Assembly (NCBI GenBank): GCA_010093815.1
Contig: ML996586.1
Direction: 5' to 3' (one strand)
Length of the DNA stretch: 59,679 nt
From: Pseudovirgaria hyperparasitica
Lineage: Eukaryota
Position 1 is the first letter of the stretch. Each line of letters opens with the position of its first letter. Positions 39,140 through 50,700 of this stretch are shown here, in pieces. Both the position numbers and the translations under genes were made by a program. Below the pieces are notes generated by a model, which saw only the letters and a list, made by a program, of their open reading frames with translations, searched no databases and was not told the origin of the DNA.

Positions 39140-39680
39140 CGCGTCTCGGTCGCGTAATAGAGGAGGGTTCCTCTATAATAGCGTTGTTAGTTATATAATT
39201 ATATAGTAGTAGTACCTCGTGGTTATATTCTAGCGGTTACATGGCGGAGGAAGGTTCCTTATATCACGGCGTCGTTAGTTATATAATCGTATGGTAGTAG
39301 CATCTTATGGTTACGTCCTAGCGGTCACGTGGTAGAGGAGGGTTCCTTACCTCACGGCGTCGTTAGTTATATAATCGCACTATAGTAGTATCTTATGGTC
39401 GCGTCCTAGCGGTTACGTAGCGGAGGTAGATTCCTTATACCACGGCGTCGTTAGTCATGTAGTCGCATAGTAGTAGCATCTTATAGTCGCGTTCTAGCGG
39501 TCACGTGGCGGAGGTAGGGTATCCTACGCATGAACCGCGCGTCTTATTTATTATTACCTATTTTAGGACCGGTTCTTCTCTAGGCTAGGGGTTAGGTAGT
39601 AGTAGTAGGGTAGCTTACGCACGACCCGCGTTTATTACTATTATTATCTATTTTAGAACCGGCTCTACCCCGGTCTACAC
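39140..39680. repeat. Tandem arrays inside C1: ~4.5 x 88 bp followed by 2 x ~90 bp
   Basis: g(g/a)ttcc anchors at 39166, 39253, 39341 and 39429; second unit (acgcacgacccgcg..ttttaggaccgg) at ~39526 and ~39617. Confidence 0.9.
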
Positions 39681-39828
39681 GATTTTCCCTAACGCGAGTA
39701 TATAGGTCCTACGTCTAGCGACTTTCTTCTTCTTTAACTACTATTACGCCTACTATCTCGATACCGTGTAGTAGCTACTATAATATTAGTAAACTCGCAT
39801 ACCACCTCGTAGCTTCTATACTATTATT

Positions 39829-41303
39829 ATAAGCGTGCTAGGCCTAAATAGGCCTATTATAGAAGCCGGCGCCGTCTTAGCGGTAGCTATAGGTGCTAGG
39901 GGTTAAGACCCTAACGATCGACGCGCGCCTAGGCGCTAGGAACCGCCTAACCGTACCATGAGTGGGTCCTATCTCTACGCCGTTCCTTATGCTAACTAGG
40001 TAGATTATTTCTTCTACCGCCTCCTAATAGGCTAAGCCTATTTACTATATAGGGCTATATATTATAGAGGGTAACTCGTTAGAAGACGAGCGTACCGAGT
40101 CCGTGTACTTTATATATCGTATATATATGAAGGCCCTAGAGAAGACTAGGGTACTTAAGTACGTGCTATCTCTACGCTATAGTAGCGCCTACTAATCTAG
40201 AGCGTAGCTATAAGCCTAGCCGCGGCACTAACTATATAAAGTGCTATACGTCGAAAGGGACCTACTTATAGAATACCGAGGAGCTTACCACGTACCCGGC
40301 CCTATGTAAGATATAGAGCCGCCTCGAGAAGTTCGTGTACGAGTCGGTTAATAATAACTTTAGTTATATAATAGACCGTGGTAGTCGCGGCCTAGACCCG
40401 ACTAAGCCTTCGTCCGGTAAGTGGCCGTGTATAAACTCTAAGTTCCACTACCTATATAAGGACTATAAGTCTAACTTAGAGATTACGTATATCGCCCGCC
40501 GTAACGCTAGTATTATTAGTTAGGTCCCTATAACGCCTAATCGCGGTACTATCACGGTAATTAAGACGCTATATCGTGGTAGTAGTAACCGTAGGCAGCT
40601 TAGTAGTGTAATTCACTAGATAAATTAGTATATATCGCATAATAAGGCCTAAATGGGCGAGTTACGCACTAACATTAGCGCCCTATAGATATATACTTAG
40701 TTAGCCTAATTACTACTATCTTAACACGTGACGTAGGGTTCGATATAGTAGGTCGCTTCCGGCCTAGTACGCCTAGCCGAGCCGCCGCCTTACTAACTCT
40801 TTATCTAGGCGGTTATAGAGGAGGAGAAGCCTCGTTTAAGTAGTAGTCGCCCACGCTACCCTCGGCTAAGCGGCCCTAAGAAGTTACCTACCCGTAGCCC
40901 GCGCTATCGCTATACTACCCCCCACCGGCTCCCTATTACTCCCCCCCCGTGGGAGGCCTCGCTATTACCACGCCGTCTCTATACCCCGCCCCGCCGCCAC
41001 GATCTATCCCGGCGCCGCTCTCGCTCGCCGGAGCGCCGTAGCCGGTCCCCCGACCGCCGTGACCGGTCCCCTTACTACTATAACCGGTCCCCTCGCTACC
41101 GTGACCGTTTCTATAAGTGTTACCGCCGATTCCGTAACCGCTGGCGTTATACTATTAAGGGTCGTCGCTTATCGCGTTATTACCGGTCGCCGTCTCGTAG
41201 CCGCCATAGCCGCCCCGATAAGGTGTATAACTCCCCCTTACCGCTAAGCTAGATTAATAGTTACCCCCGCCGCTAGGAGCCGGCCTAGGGGAGGACTAGG
41301 TGA
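39829..41303 (+). pseudogene. RIPed antisense 3-exon cargo gene of C1 (~459 aa): putative Cys6 zinc-cluster-like motif and RS-rich tail
   Basis: Introns 39958-40003 ((g)tgagt..gctaac..tag) and 40159-40207 (gtacgt..tactaat..tag) join three different frames into 460 codons ending TGA 41301-41303. Tail reads RRRSRSPERRSRSPDRRDRSP. Confidence 0.75.
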
Positions 41304-44300
41304 CTAACCTTATAGTTAGGATTTACGGTTAAGGACCGTGCCGGCCCTAGCGCCGTGTAGACCTAGGGTAGGGCTAGAAGAATAACCTTTTCATGTCTTA
41401 AGGAGAGTATCGGTTTATTATTAGGTTACTTAGGTACTTAGTATTTAGCGTTTAGTCTTTATAGAATCTCTACTCTTATATTAGGTTATTAGGGCTACTA
41501 TAGGCCCGTAATAGTAGATTAATATCTTTATTTAGGGATGCGCTAAAGTCGTAGGCCGTTATATAATCACGCGCTACTATACCGGGCCTTAAACCTATCT
41601 AGTACCTTAGTATCCTCTACGTCCTTAAGTAGTACCTATATTAGCTATAGCTAGCCCTTCCATTTTACGAGTACTTACCTCTTATTTCGCCTACGTGCGT
41701 TTTTTGCCCGAAGGATGTCCTCGACCTTATATTTAGTAATGTCCTTATCGGCTTCGTTAAGTTCGAGTACCGGGCCTAGGCGAGTATCTAGCTACTCCTA
41801 GCTAGGTAGGGGGTCCTCTACGGCGCGCTCGACTAGACTAACATAGACTATCTTATAAAGGTCCCCGGGGAGGTCGAGGGTTACTATTAGGGGGGTAGAT
41901 TAGGCGAGAACCCTATACTTAGTCTATAGCTAGTCGAGTTTCCGGCTCGGGCGATTAGTCTTTACGTTTCGGAGTAAGAACTATACTATATTACTAACCT
42001 TAAAGCGTTTAGCTAGACGGCGTGACCGGTTAGCCGAGTCCTAGGAACGTTACTCGGCCTAGACGATAGCCGCCTACGCTAGGGTAGTGCCGTTATAGAG
42101 GTGCTTAAGGAAGTTTATAGCCCGGCCTTTCGCTAAGGTTATGGAGGTGTTAGGGAGTAGCCGTCGCGGTAATAGTTTAATATAGTATCCATTTAGAAGT
42201 AGGTTCGGCGCTATACCGGTTACTAATAAGGTACGGTTATTTAGGGCGAGCTAGCATGCCGGTAGGCACTCTAGCTAATTAGTTTACTTAAAGGTTACTA
42301 TAACGCGAAGTACCGCCTAGACCTCCTAGTTTACTCGCTCTATACTACCGTCGGTCTATGGGTAGTAGGCCGTAGAGAGGTCCTAGTATACGTCCGTTAT
42401 AGAGTAAAGGGTTATCTAGAACTACCCTAGCTAGTCCGAGCCCCGGTCGGTAATAATAGACTATAGAAACCCCCGGAAACGCTACTATGTGTTATAGAAT
42501 CGCGCCGCGTAGTCCTTAGCCGCCATAGAGATTATCGCCTCTAGCTAGATAAATTTTAAGAGCCGATCCGTAATAACGAGTAGGTACCGGGGCCGTAATG
42601 GGTCCGATTAGGGGAGGTCGGTTATAAAGTCTATAGAAATCTAGGACTAGAAATAGTCTAGTATCGGAAGTAGCTAGAGGAGCCTAGGGGCCTTACGCCG
42701 ATTTATATAAGCTCCGTAGTAGTTATAGTTCTACATAAATCGCCGGATATTAGTCTATATACGCTTCTAGTAGTATTCCCGCCGGATAGCTACGTACGTC
42801 TTATTCTTACTAGGGTAGCCCGTAAGGGGGGAAGCATAGGACCTCTAGATAATAGTTATTATAAGCGGTTTCTATTCGGGCACCTAGATAACTCCCCGCT
42901 ACGTAAGTATCCTATATACTAATATAGTATAGTCCGTAATCTATTTAGTCGTAAGCGCCTCCGGTAGAAAGAGGTGTACCCCGTCTACTACGGCCGTATA
43001 GCGGATCTAATACGCCGGGACGGACTAAGCGGCTTAGTCCTAAAGCTCCTAGAGGTAGGGATTAGTAAAGATGCTTCGTCCCTATAGAAGGCGATCCTCT
43101 CCGGAGTAGATGCTTATAGGTACTATTTAGATAGCTCGTGGGGCTATAAGCTACCCCCATAGGAGGGACTTCTTAGATAAGTCCTAGTTACGGCGGCTAA
43201 GGGCGTCCGGGCGAGCCGCCTAGAATCCCGGCCGGTATACTAGGTTATAGTTAAAGAGTATAAGCTAGTCGGACTATCGCTACTACCGCGGGACGAGAAG
43301 GTAAGACTTAGTAAAGTACTCGAGGTTCTTATAGTCTATATAGATCGTGAAAGGGCGGTAAACGCTCCGAAGCTCGGGTTCCCACGCCTAGAGGTACTAA
43401 ACCACGGTAAGGAGCTCCTTATTATAGATTATATAGTTCTATTAGACGGCTATAAGGGCCGTAGAGTAGTAGACTATCGGGTGCTAAATACCCCGAACCC
43501 TCTAGGATAGGTACCCGCCCGTCGCGTGGCTAGAGTAATCTATCTCGACTATTATATCGCGTGTCTCGTTCTAGGATTAGAGAATAGATCCTATAATAAA
43601 AGTATTCTTAAGCTTAGTAAACGCGCGGTCCTTGGTTAGGCCCTAGTAGAAGGCCGCCCCGGCCCTAGTAAGGGCGTAGAGCGGGGCCGCTATAGTAGAG
43701 AAGTCGGGAAGAAAGTTACGGTAGAAGTTTATAAATCTAATAAATTACTAGACGCCCTAGACCGTGGTCGGGGGCTCCTAGTCCCGGATCGTGGTGATTT
43801 TCTCCGGGTCGGGGCGGATTAATTTACTAGCGGTAATAACGTACCCTAGATACCGGACTTCCTTAGTAGCGAAGCGGCACTTAGTAAGGTTATAGTAAAG
43901 GTCCGCTTTAGTAAGGAGAGATAGAATAGTCTTTACGGCGGCCTAGTGGTCCTCTAGCGTACCTAGGGTGTAGATAAGGATATTATTAAGATACGCTATA
44001 TAGGTTACCCCTAGGACCCCACTTAGTACCCCATTAATATAGCGCTAGAAGGAGGCTAGAGCACTAGAGAGACTAAACGGAAGCACGGTCTATTTAAAGA
44101 GGCCGAACCGGGTATAGAAAGCCGTCTTATGTTCGTCGCCGGCGGCCACCCGTAGTTTATAGAATGCCGCCCGAATATCGACCTTACTAAACCATAACGC
44201 GTTACTAATAGTATATAGGGTTTCGCGTATTAGAGGAAGCGGGTATCAATCCTACTCCGTAATACCGTTAAGGGCTCTATAGTTAATATATAGCCGCTAT

Positions 44301-46847
44301 TTCCCTCCCGGCTTAGGGACGAGTAATACTAGCGCCCTAGCCGTAGAGGAGCTAGCCCGTATCTAACCCTTATCTATAAGATCCGTAAGCTGGCGGCGTA
44401 GCTCTACTAGCTACTCCCGAGATATAGCGTAGAGGGGTCCCTAAGGGAGGTTTACTAGGGTCCCTACCGGGGTGGACTTAATATGGATATAGTAGTCGGT
44501 ACTCCCCCGGTAGGGGGGTAGCGCCGACGCCTTTACCTTATTAAAGAGATCGCGGTAGGCGTATAGCTTTAATAGGAGCGGGCGCCTATCCTCCGTGAGC
44601 TCGGACGTGTCCTAGTCGGGTATTAGAGGTGGCGGGGGGAGTATAAGCTATAGAAGGCGGGTGACGTCGCGGATGCTAGTAGCGACCACCCGTCCACGGC
44701 GATAAGCCGTCTCTAGAGCCTCTATAATGCGACCCTTCTCGGTAAGTACCCGAATGCGCGTTAGGCGCATATAGGTATTTATATTCTAGGCTACGAGGCC
44801 GTGGGCGCGGTAGAGCGTAATCTCGTCTACCCGTATATTAATAACGGCGCCGGCCTAGTAGAGCCATAGGCTCCCGAGGATAAGGTCCCGGTCTAGCCTA
44901 GATACTATATAGGCGGAGAGGCGCTATCTCTATCCGGCGATATCGTACTATATAGTAACGACTTCCATGATCTCCGGTCCCGACGCTCTATTAGCGGTAA
45001 GAGCCACTTAACGACGTGGGACTAAGATACGCGACTTAGCCACGTCCCCCGTAAGGGATAGGCTAACTACCGCGAAATACTTATACCCTATATCTACTAA
45101 GGCGTCTATATACTTCCTATTCTAGAGGAATAGCGATATAACGGGTGGCGGCCCGTCTATAACCCGAGCGGGTGCGCTATCCTCTAGATTAGAGCCGTGA
45201 TCTTAGTTACCCGTGGCTTCGTTCCCTACTAAATATTATAACGTCCCCTAACCCGGGCTATAGTAAGGGACTATACTTTCCCCGCCTTAGAGTCGGAATT
45301 AGTATCGTCCTAGGCCGGGGCCGCGACCTTAAGCGCCCGTATATTAACGGCGTTTAGGTAGCCCCGTTATTAGTGGCTAGCCTAGCCGCACCGGGTATAC
45401 ACGCCCGCCGTGCGGTGCTCCTAGAATAAATCCTTCGGAATCCACGAAGGAGGCTCTTTCTTCTTAACCCCGTTCTTACTCTTCGCCGCCGGTAAGATAG
45501 CTCGCTCCTTACCCTTTATCTTAACGGCCTTAATAGTAACCGCTAACATCGTCGTATCGCTATCCTTATCCTTACCCGGCTTACTTTAGGGCGCCGTGTT
45601 TTACCTAGTACGGAGCCGGAATAACTCTATATCCATGCCGATATTCCTAAGGCGGCCTATAGCGGCCTCGTATTAGTCCGGGAGGCCCCGGTTTAGGGCT
45701 ACTACCCGGGTCCCCTAGTTAAGGCCGTCCCGGAGCCGTATAAGCTTCTAGTCGTCGGCCTAGTATATCCCCCTAGCCTTCTAGAGGGCGGTATAGAACC
45801 GGACGAAGTAATCTATAAACGGCTCCTTAGCCTTTTATATAATTATATTTAGCCGTTAAAGGGCCCGCTCTTTAGCATATATATCTCTAAACTAGAACTT
45901 AAGGTAGTCTAGGAACGCGTGTAGGTCCTAGTTACCGTTTAGCCCCCTAGTAGAATATACCGCGCTAACCCCCTTCTATACCTTAGGCGCTAGGTTAGCC
46001 TAGATAAGGGCTATCTAGTCTCTATAGGTGCCGATAAACTCGGCGTCCCGGGTAATCTTATACCGTATTATAACGGACCACGTACGGAAGAGAGCCTTAG
46101 ACCCGTTATATAGATCGCCGAGGGGGAGAGGCTTCCGTTTCATAGGCCGGTCGAGTATAATATACGGGGCCGATAGTAGTAAAGTAGGGGCGCGTGTAGG
46201 TAGGGCCGGGTTAGGCCCGTATAGGCGCTAAGGTATAGCTAAGGAGGGGTCGGGCTAGGGTAGGGACGAATCCCTATAGGTTAACGTAGTAGGAGTACGG
46301 CTATATACTTCGACCATAACTAGGCGGGCGTCGATGCGCTATAGCGCCGTATAGACGCTCTGCTTAATATCGGATATATAAGACTCGCTTACCGCTTAGG
46401 CGGCCGTGATAGACTTATATACGGCCTATATTTTATCTCGGAAGCTAAGGAAGGAGTTAGAGAGTTACCGCATTAGATTAGAGTCTTACGGGTTAAGACT
46501 ATCTTATGCTATAAGGCCACGTATAGGAAGAGGTTAATAAAGTTAAATTAATATAATAGATGTGACCAAGGTGTTACTATAATAGTAATTAGGATATATT
46601 ATAATTTAACTTAGAGAGAGTAGGGGTGGCTCGTATGGGTTATAGCTTAAGTATAGTCTTAAGCGAGGTTACGTGATACCCCTATACTAGTCTCTATCCG
46701 TCCCGGCTCCGTTATATAACGCTAGAGACAAGGCAAAGCCGAAGTCCATAACAATAGTTATTATATATATACTTATATAGATATATATCTTCTAAGATAC
46801 TATAATATCTATTCTAAGAAGGAGACCTACCTATAGATAGTTAAGGA

Positions 46848-47717
46848 NNNNNNNNNNNNNNNNNNNNNNNNNNNNNNNNNNNNNNNNNNNNNNNNNNNNN
46901 NNNNNNNNNNNNNNNNNNNNNNNNNNNNNNNNNNNNNNNNNNNNNNNNNNNNNNNNNNNNNNNNNNNNNNNNNNNNNNNNNNNNNNNNNNNNNNNNNNNN
47001 NNNNNNNNNNNNNNNNNNNNNNNNNNNNNNNNNNNNNNNNNNNNNNNNNNNNNNNNNNNNNNNNNNNNNNNNNNNNNNNNNNNNNNNNNNNNNNNNNNNN
47101 NNNNNNNNNNNNNNNNNNNNNNNNNNNNNNNNNNNNNNNNNNNNNNNNNNNNNNNNNNNNNNNNNNNNNNNNNNNNNNNNNNNNNNNNNNNNNNNNNNNN
47201 NNNNNNNNNNNNNNNNNNNNNNNNNNNNNNNNNNNNNNNNNNNNNNNNNNNNNNNNNNNNNNNNNNNNNNNNNNNNNNNNNNNNNNNNNNNNNNNNNNNN
47301 NNNNNNNNNNNNNNNNNNNNNNNNNNNNNNNNNNNNNNNNNNNNNNNNNNNNNNNNNNNNNNNNNNNNNNNNNNNNNNNNNNNNNNNNNNNNNNNNNNNN
47401 NNNNNNNNNNNNNNNNNNNNNNNNNNNNNNNNNNNNNNNNNNNNNNNNNNNNNNNNNNNNNNNNNNNNNNNNNNNNNNNNNNNNNNNNNNNNNNNNNNNN
47501 NNNNNNNNNNNNNNNNNNNNNNNNNNNNNNNNNNNNNNNNNNNNNNNNNNNNNNNNNNNNNNNNNNNNNNNNNNNNNNNNNNNNNNNNNNNNNNNNNNNN
47601 NNNNNNNNNNNNNNNNNNNNNNNNNNNNNNNNNNNNNNNNNNNNNNNNNNNNNNNNNNNNNNNNNNNNNNNNNNNNNNNNNNNNNNNNNNNNNNNNNNNN
47701 NNNNNNNNNNNNNNNNN
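46848..47717. other. Assembly gap within A1 gag-pol
   Basis: 870 N; the flanks correspond to A2 positions 58746 and 59558 (811 bp in between). Confidence 1.
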
Positions 47718-47789
47718 TATTCTAGAACTAGTAGAATAATCTATAGAAGCGCTAGTTATAGCTAGTAGCTAACGTGCGTTAGCTAATAC

Positions 47790-50700
47790 TATAATAGATA
47801 TAACTAAGGTGTTACTACAATGGTAATTAAGATATATTATAATTTAACTTAGAGAGAGTAGGGATAAGCCGTATAGTTATAGCTTTAAGTATAGTCTTAA
47901 GCGAGGTCACGTGATACCCCTATACTAGTCTCTATCCGTCCCGGCTCCATTATATAATACTAGAGATAAGGTAAAGCTAAAGTCTATAATATACCCTTAT
48001 TCTCTAGGATCGTCCTAGGGACCGGCTTAGTATTTTATATAATAATAACTAGCTTAGTTAGGTCTTAGGTTTACGGTCTTTATATTATACTATATAATAA
48101 CTATAGGGCTATATATTCCTTCTAGTAAGGTAGTAGCTTTTTATAGTAGTATTCTAGCGGTTACATAGTAGAGGTAGATTCCTTATACCACGGCGTCGTA
48201 GATTATTAGGTCGCACTATAGTAGTATATTATAGTTATATCCTAGCGGTTACGTAGCGGAGGTAGATTCCTTATATTATAGCGTTATAGATTATATAATT
48301 ATAAGATAGTAGAATCTTATAGTTACGTTATAGCGGTTATTAGCGGAGATAGACTTCTTATATTACGGCGTACCGCGTCGGGTTATATAAAGGTAGAGTA
48401 GTCTACGCACGAACCGCGCGTCCCGTTTTATTATTATCCGTTTTAGGACTAGCTCCTCTCCGGGCTAGGGGTTATATAGTAGTAGTAGAGTAGCTTATAT
48501 ACGACCCGCGTTTATTATTATTATCGTCTATCTTAAGACTAGCTCTTCTCCGGGTTAGAGGTTATATAGTAGTAGTAGAGTAGCTTACGCACGACCCGTG
48601 TTTATTATTATTATCGTCTATTTTAGGACCGGCTCTACCCCGGCCTATACGATTTTCTCTAACGCAAGTATATAGGTCCTACGCCTAGCGACTTTCTTCT
48701 TTCTTAACTACCCTTACGCCTACTATCTTAATACCACGTAGTAGCTACTATAATATTAGTAAACTTATATACTACCTCGTAGCTTCTATACTATTATTAT
48801 AAGCGCTCTAGGCCTAAATAGTCCTATTATAGAAGCCGGCGCCGTCTTGGCGGTAGCTATAGATACTAGAGGTTAAGACCCTAATAATTATCGCGCGCCT
48901 AGGCGCTAGGAACTAGTCGATCGCACCGTAAGTAGGTTCTATCCCTACGCCGTTCCTTATACTAACTAGATAGACTATTTCTTCTACCGTACCCCGATAG
49001 ACTAAGTCTATTTACTATATAGAGCTATATATTATAGAGAGTAACTTATTAGAAGACGAGCGTACTAAGTCCGTATACTTTATATATCGTATATATATAA
49101 AGGCCCTAGAGAAAACTAGGATGCTTAGATATATACCGTCTCTACGCCGTAGCGGCGCCTACTAATCTTAGAGTATAGCTATAAGCCTAGCTATAGTACT
49201 AACTATATAAAGTACTATATATTAAAGGGGACCTACTTATAGAATACTAAGGAGCTTACTACGTACCCGGCCTTATATAAGGTGTAGAGTTATCTTAAAA
49301 AGTTTATACACGAGTCGGTTAATAATAACTTTAGCTATATAACGGACTATAGTAGTCGCGGCCTAGACCTAATAAAGTCTTCGTCCGGTAAGTAGCCGCG
49401 TATAAACTCTAAGTTCTACCGCCTATATAAGGACTATAAGTCTAACTTAGAGATTATCTATATCGCGCGATATAACGCTAGTATTATTAGTTAGGCTTCT
49501 ATAACGCCTTATCGTGGCGCTATAATATTATTTAAGCCGCCGTATTATAGTAGTAGTAACTATAGCTAGATTAGTAGCGTGATTTACTAGATAAATTAGT
49601 ATATATCCTATAATAAGGTCTAGATAGGTAAGCTATGTACTAGTATCGGCACCTTATAGATATATAAGCTTTATAAGTCTAAATACCTATTCTAACGCGT
49701 GACGTAGGGTACTATATAGTAAGTCGTGTCTAGGTTAGCCTACCTAGCGGAGCTACTATCTTACTATCTTATTACTTAGATAGTTATAGAGGATAAGAAG
49801 CCCTTATTAGATAGTAGCCGCTTACGCTAACCCCGGTCTATAGACTATAGAGAGTCGCTAACTTAGAGCTCTCGCTATCGCCCTATTAGGCCTCTCCGGC
49901 TCTCTATCGCCGCCCCTCCTTATAAGTTCTTACTATCTTATTATTAGCTCTAGACTTCTTCTCGCTACTATAACCGCTTCTAGTTCTATAAGCGTTATAG
50001 CCGGTCCCCCGCCTACTATAATTAGTCTCCCTACTATTATAACTAGTTATATAACTATTATAACCGGTTATATAACTATTACCGTCGCTCGGGTAGCTAT
50101 TAGTACTATTTCTATAAGGATTATTAAGTATCGCGCCGCTATTAGTTACTGGCCCGCCTCTACTATAACTCTCCCGTAGATAAGTACGACTTGCCCTCGC
50201 TACCCGCCTAGATTAATAGCCGCTACCGCTATTAGGAGACGGCCTAGGGGAGGACTAGGTAACTAACCTTATATTAGGATTTATAGATAAGGATAGTACC
50301 GGCCCTAGCGCCGTATAAATCTAGGATAGAGCTAGATAAATAATCTTTTTATATCTTAAGGCGGGTATTAGTTTATTATTAGGTTATACTAGATACTAGC
50401 GTTTAGCGTTTATTTCTTTCTTTTCTAAAATCTCTACTCTTATATTAGGTTATCGGGGCCGCTATAGGCCTATAATAGTAGAGTAATATTACTACTTAGG
50501 GATGCGTTAGAGTCGTAGGCCGTTATATAATTAAGCGTCGCTATATCTAGACTCGAACTAGTCTAGCGCCTCGGTATCTTCTACGTCCTTAAGTAGAATC
50601 TATATTAGTTATAACTAACCTTTCTACTTTATAAGTACCTATTACTTATTCCGTCTCTATATATTTTTTATATATAGAATATCCTTAATCTTATACTCCG

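Larger units (their letters stand above)
38783..46753 (-). mobile_element. Chromovirus (Ty3/gypsy) C1, 7.97 kb, ~201-bp LTRs, TSD ATAGT
   Basis: LTRs at 38783-38983 and 46552-46753; ATAGT on both sides and single in the empty site of A2 (~59647). Gag CCHC knuckle ~45360-45405, RT AYLNNILIY ~43975-44000, integrase YP*TDGSIER ~42340, chromodomain VLVKWKG ~41660, polypurine tract next to the left LTR. Confidence 0.95.

Noticed and set aside
39140..39680. CRISPR-like array
   Set aside because: Units are contiguous tandem repeats with no unique spacers, in a eukaryotic retrotransposon.
40700..41394. Gly/Tyr-rich prion-like ORF on the minus strand of C1 (GGYGGY.., GTGHGGRGTGYG)
   Set aside because: It is the antisense shadow of the Arg/Ser/Pro-rich plus-strand tail, and its 5' part has a 1-nt indel between C1 and C2.
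17901..46231. ORF-track calls in the AT block (17901, 23574, 28908, 29482, 41059, 46028) as independent genes
   Set aside because: They are stop-free fragments of RIPed sequence or antisense to gag/pol. 17901 belongs to the RIPed gene and 40335 to the antisense cargo gene.
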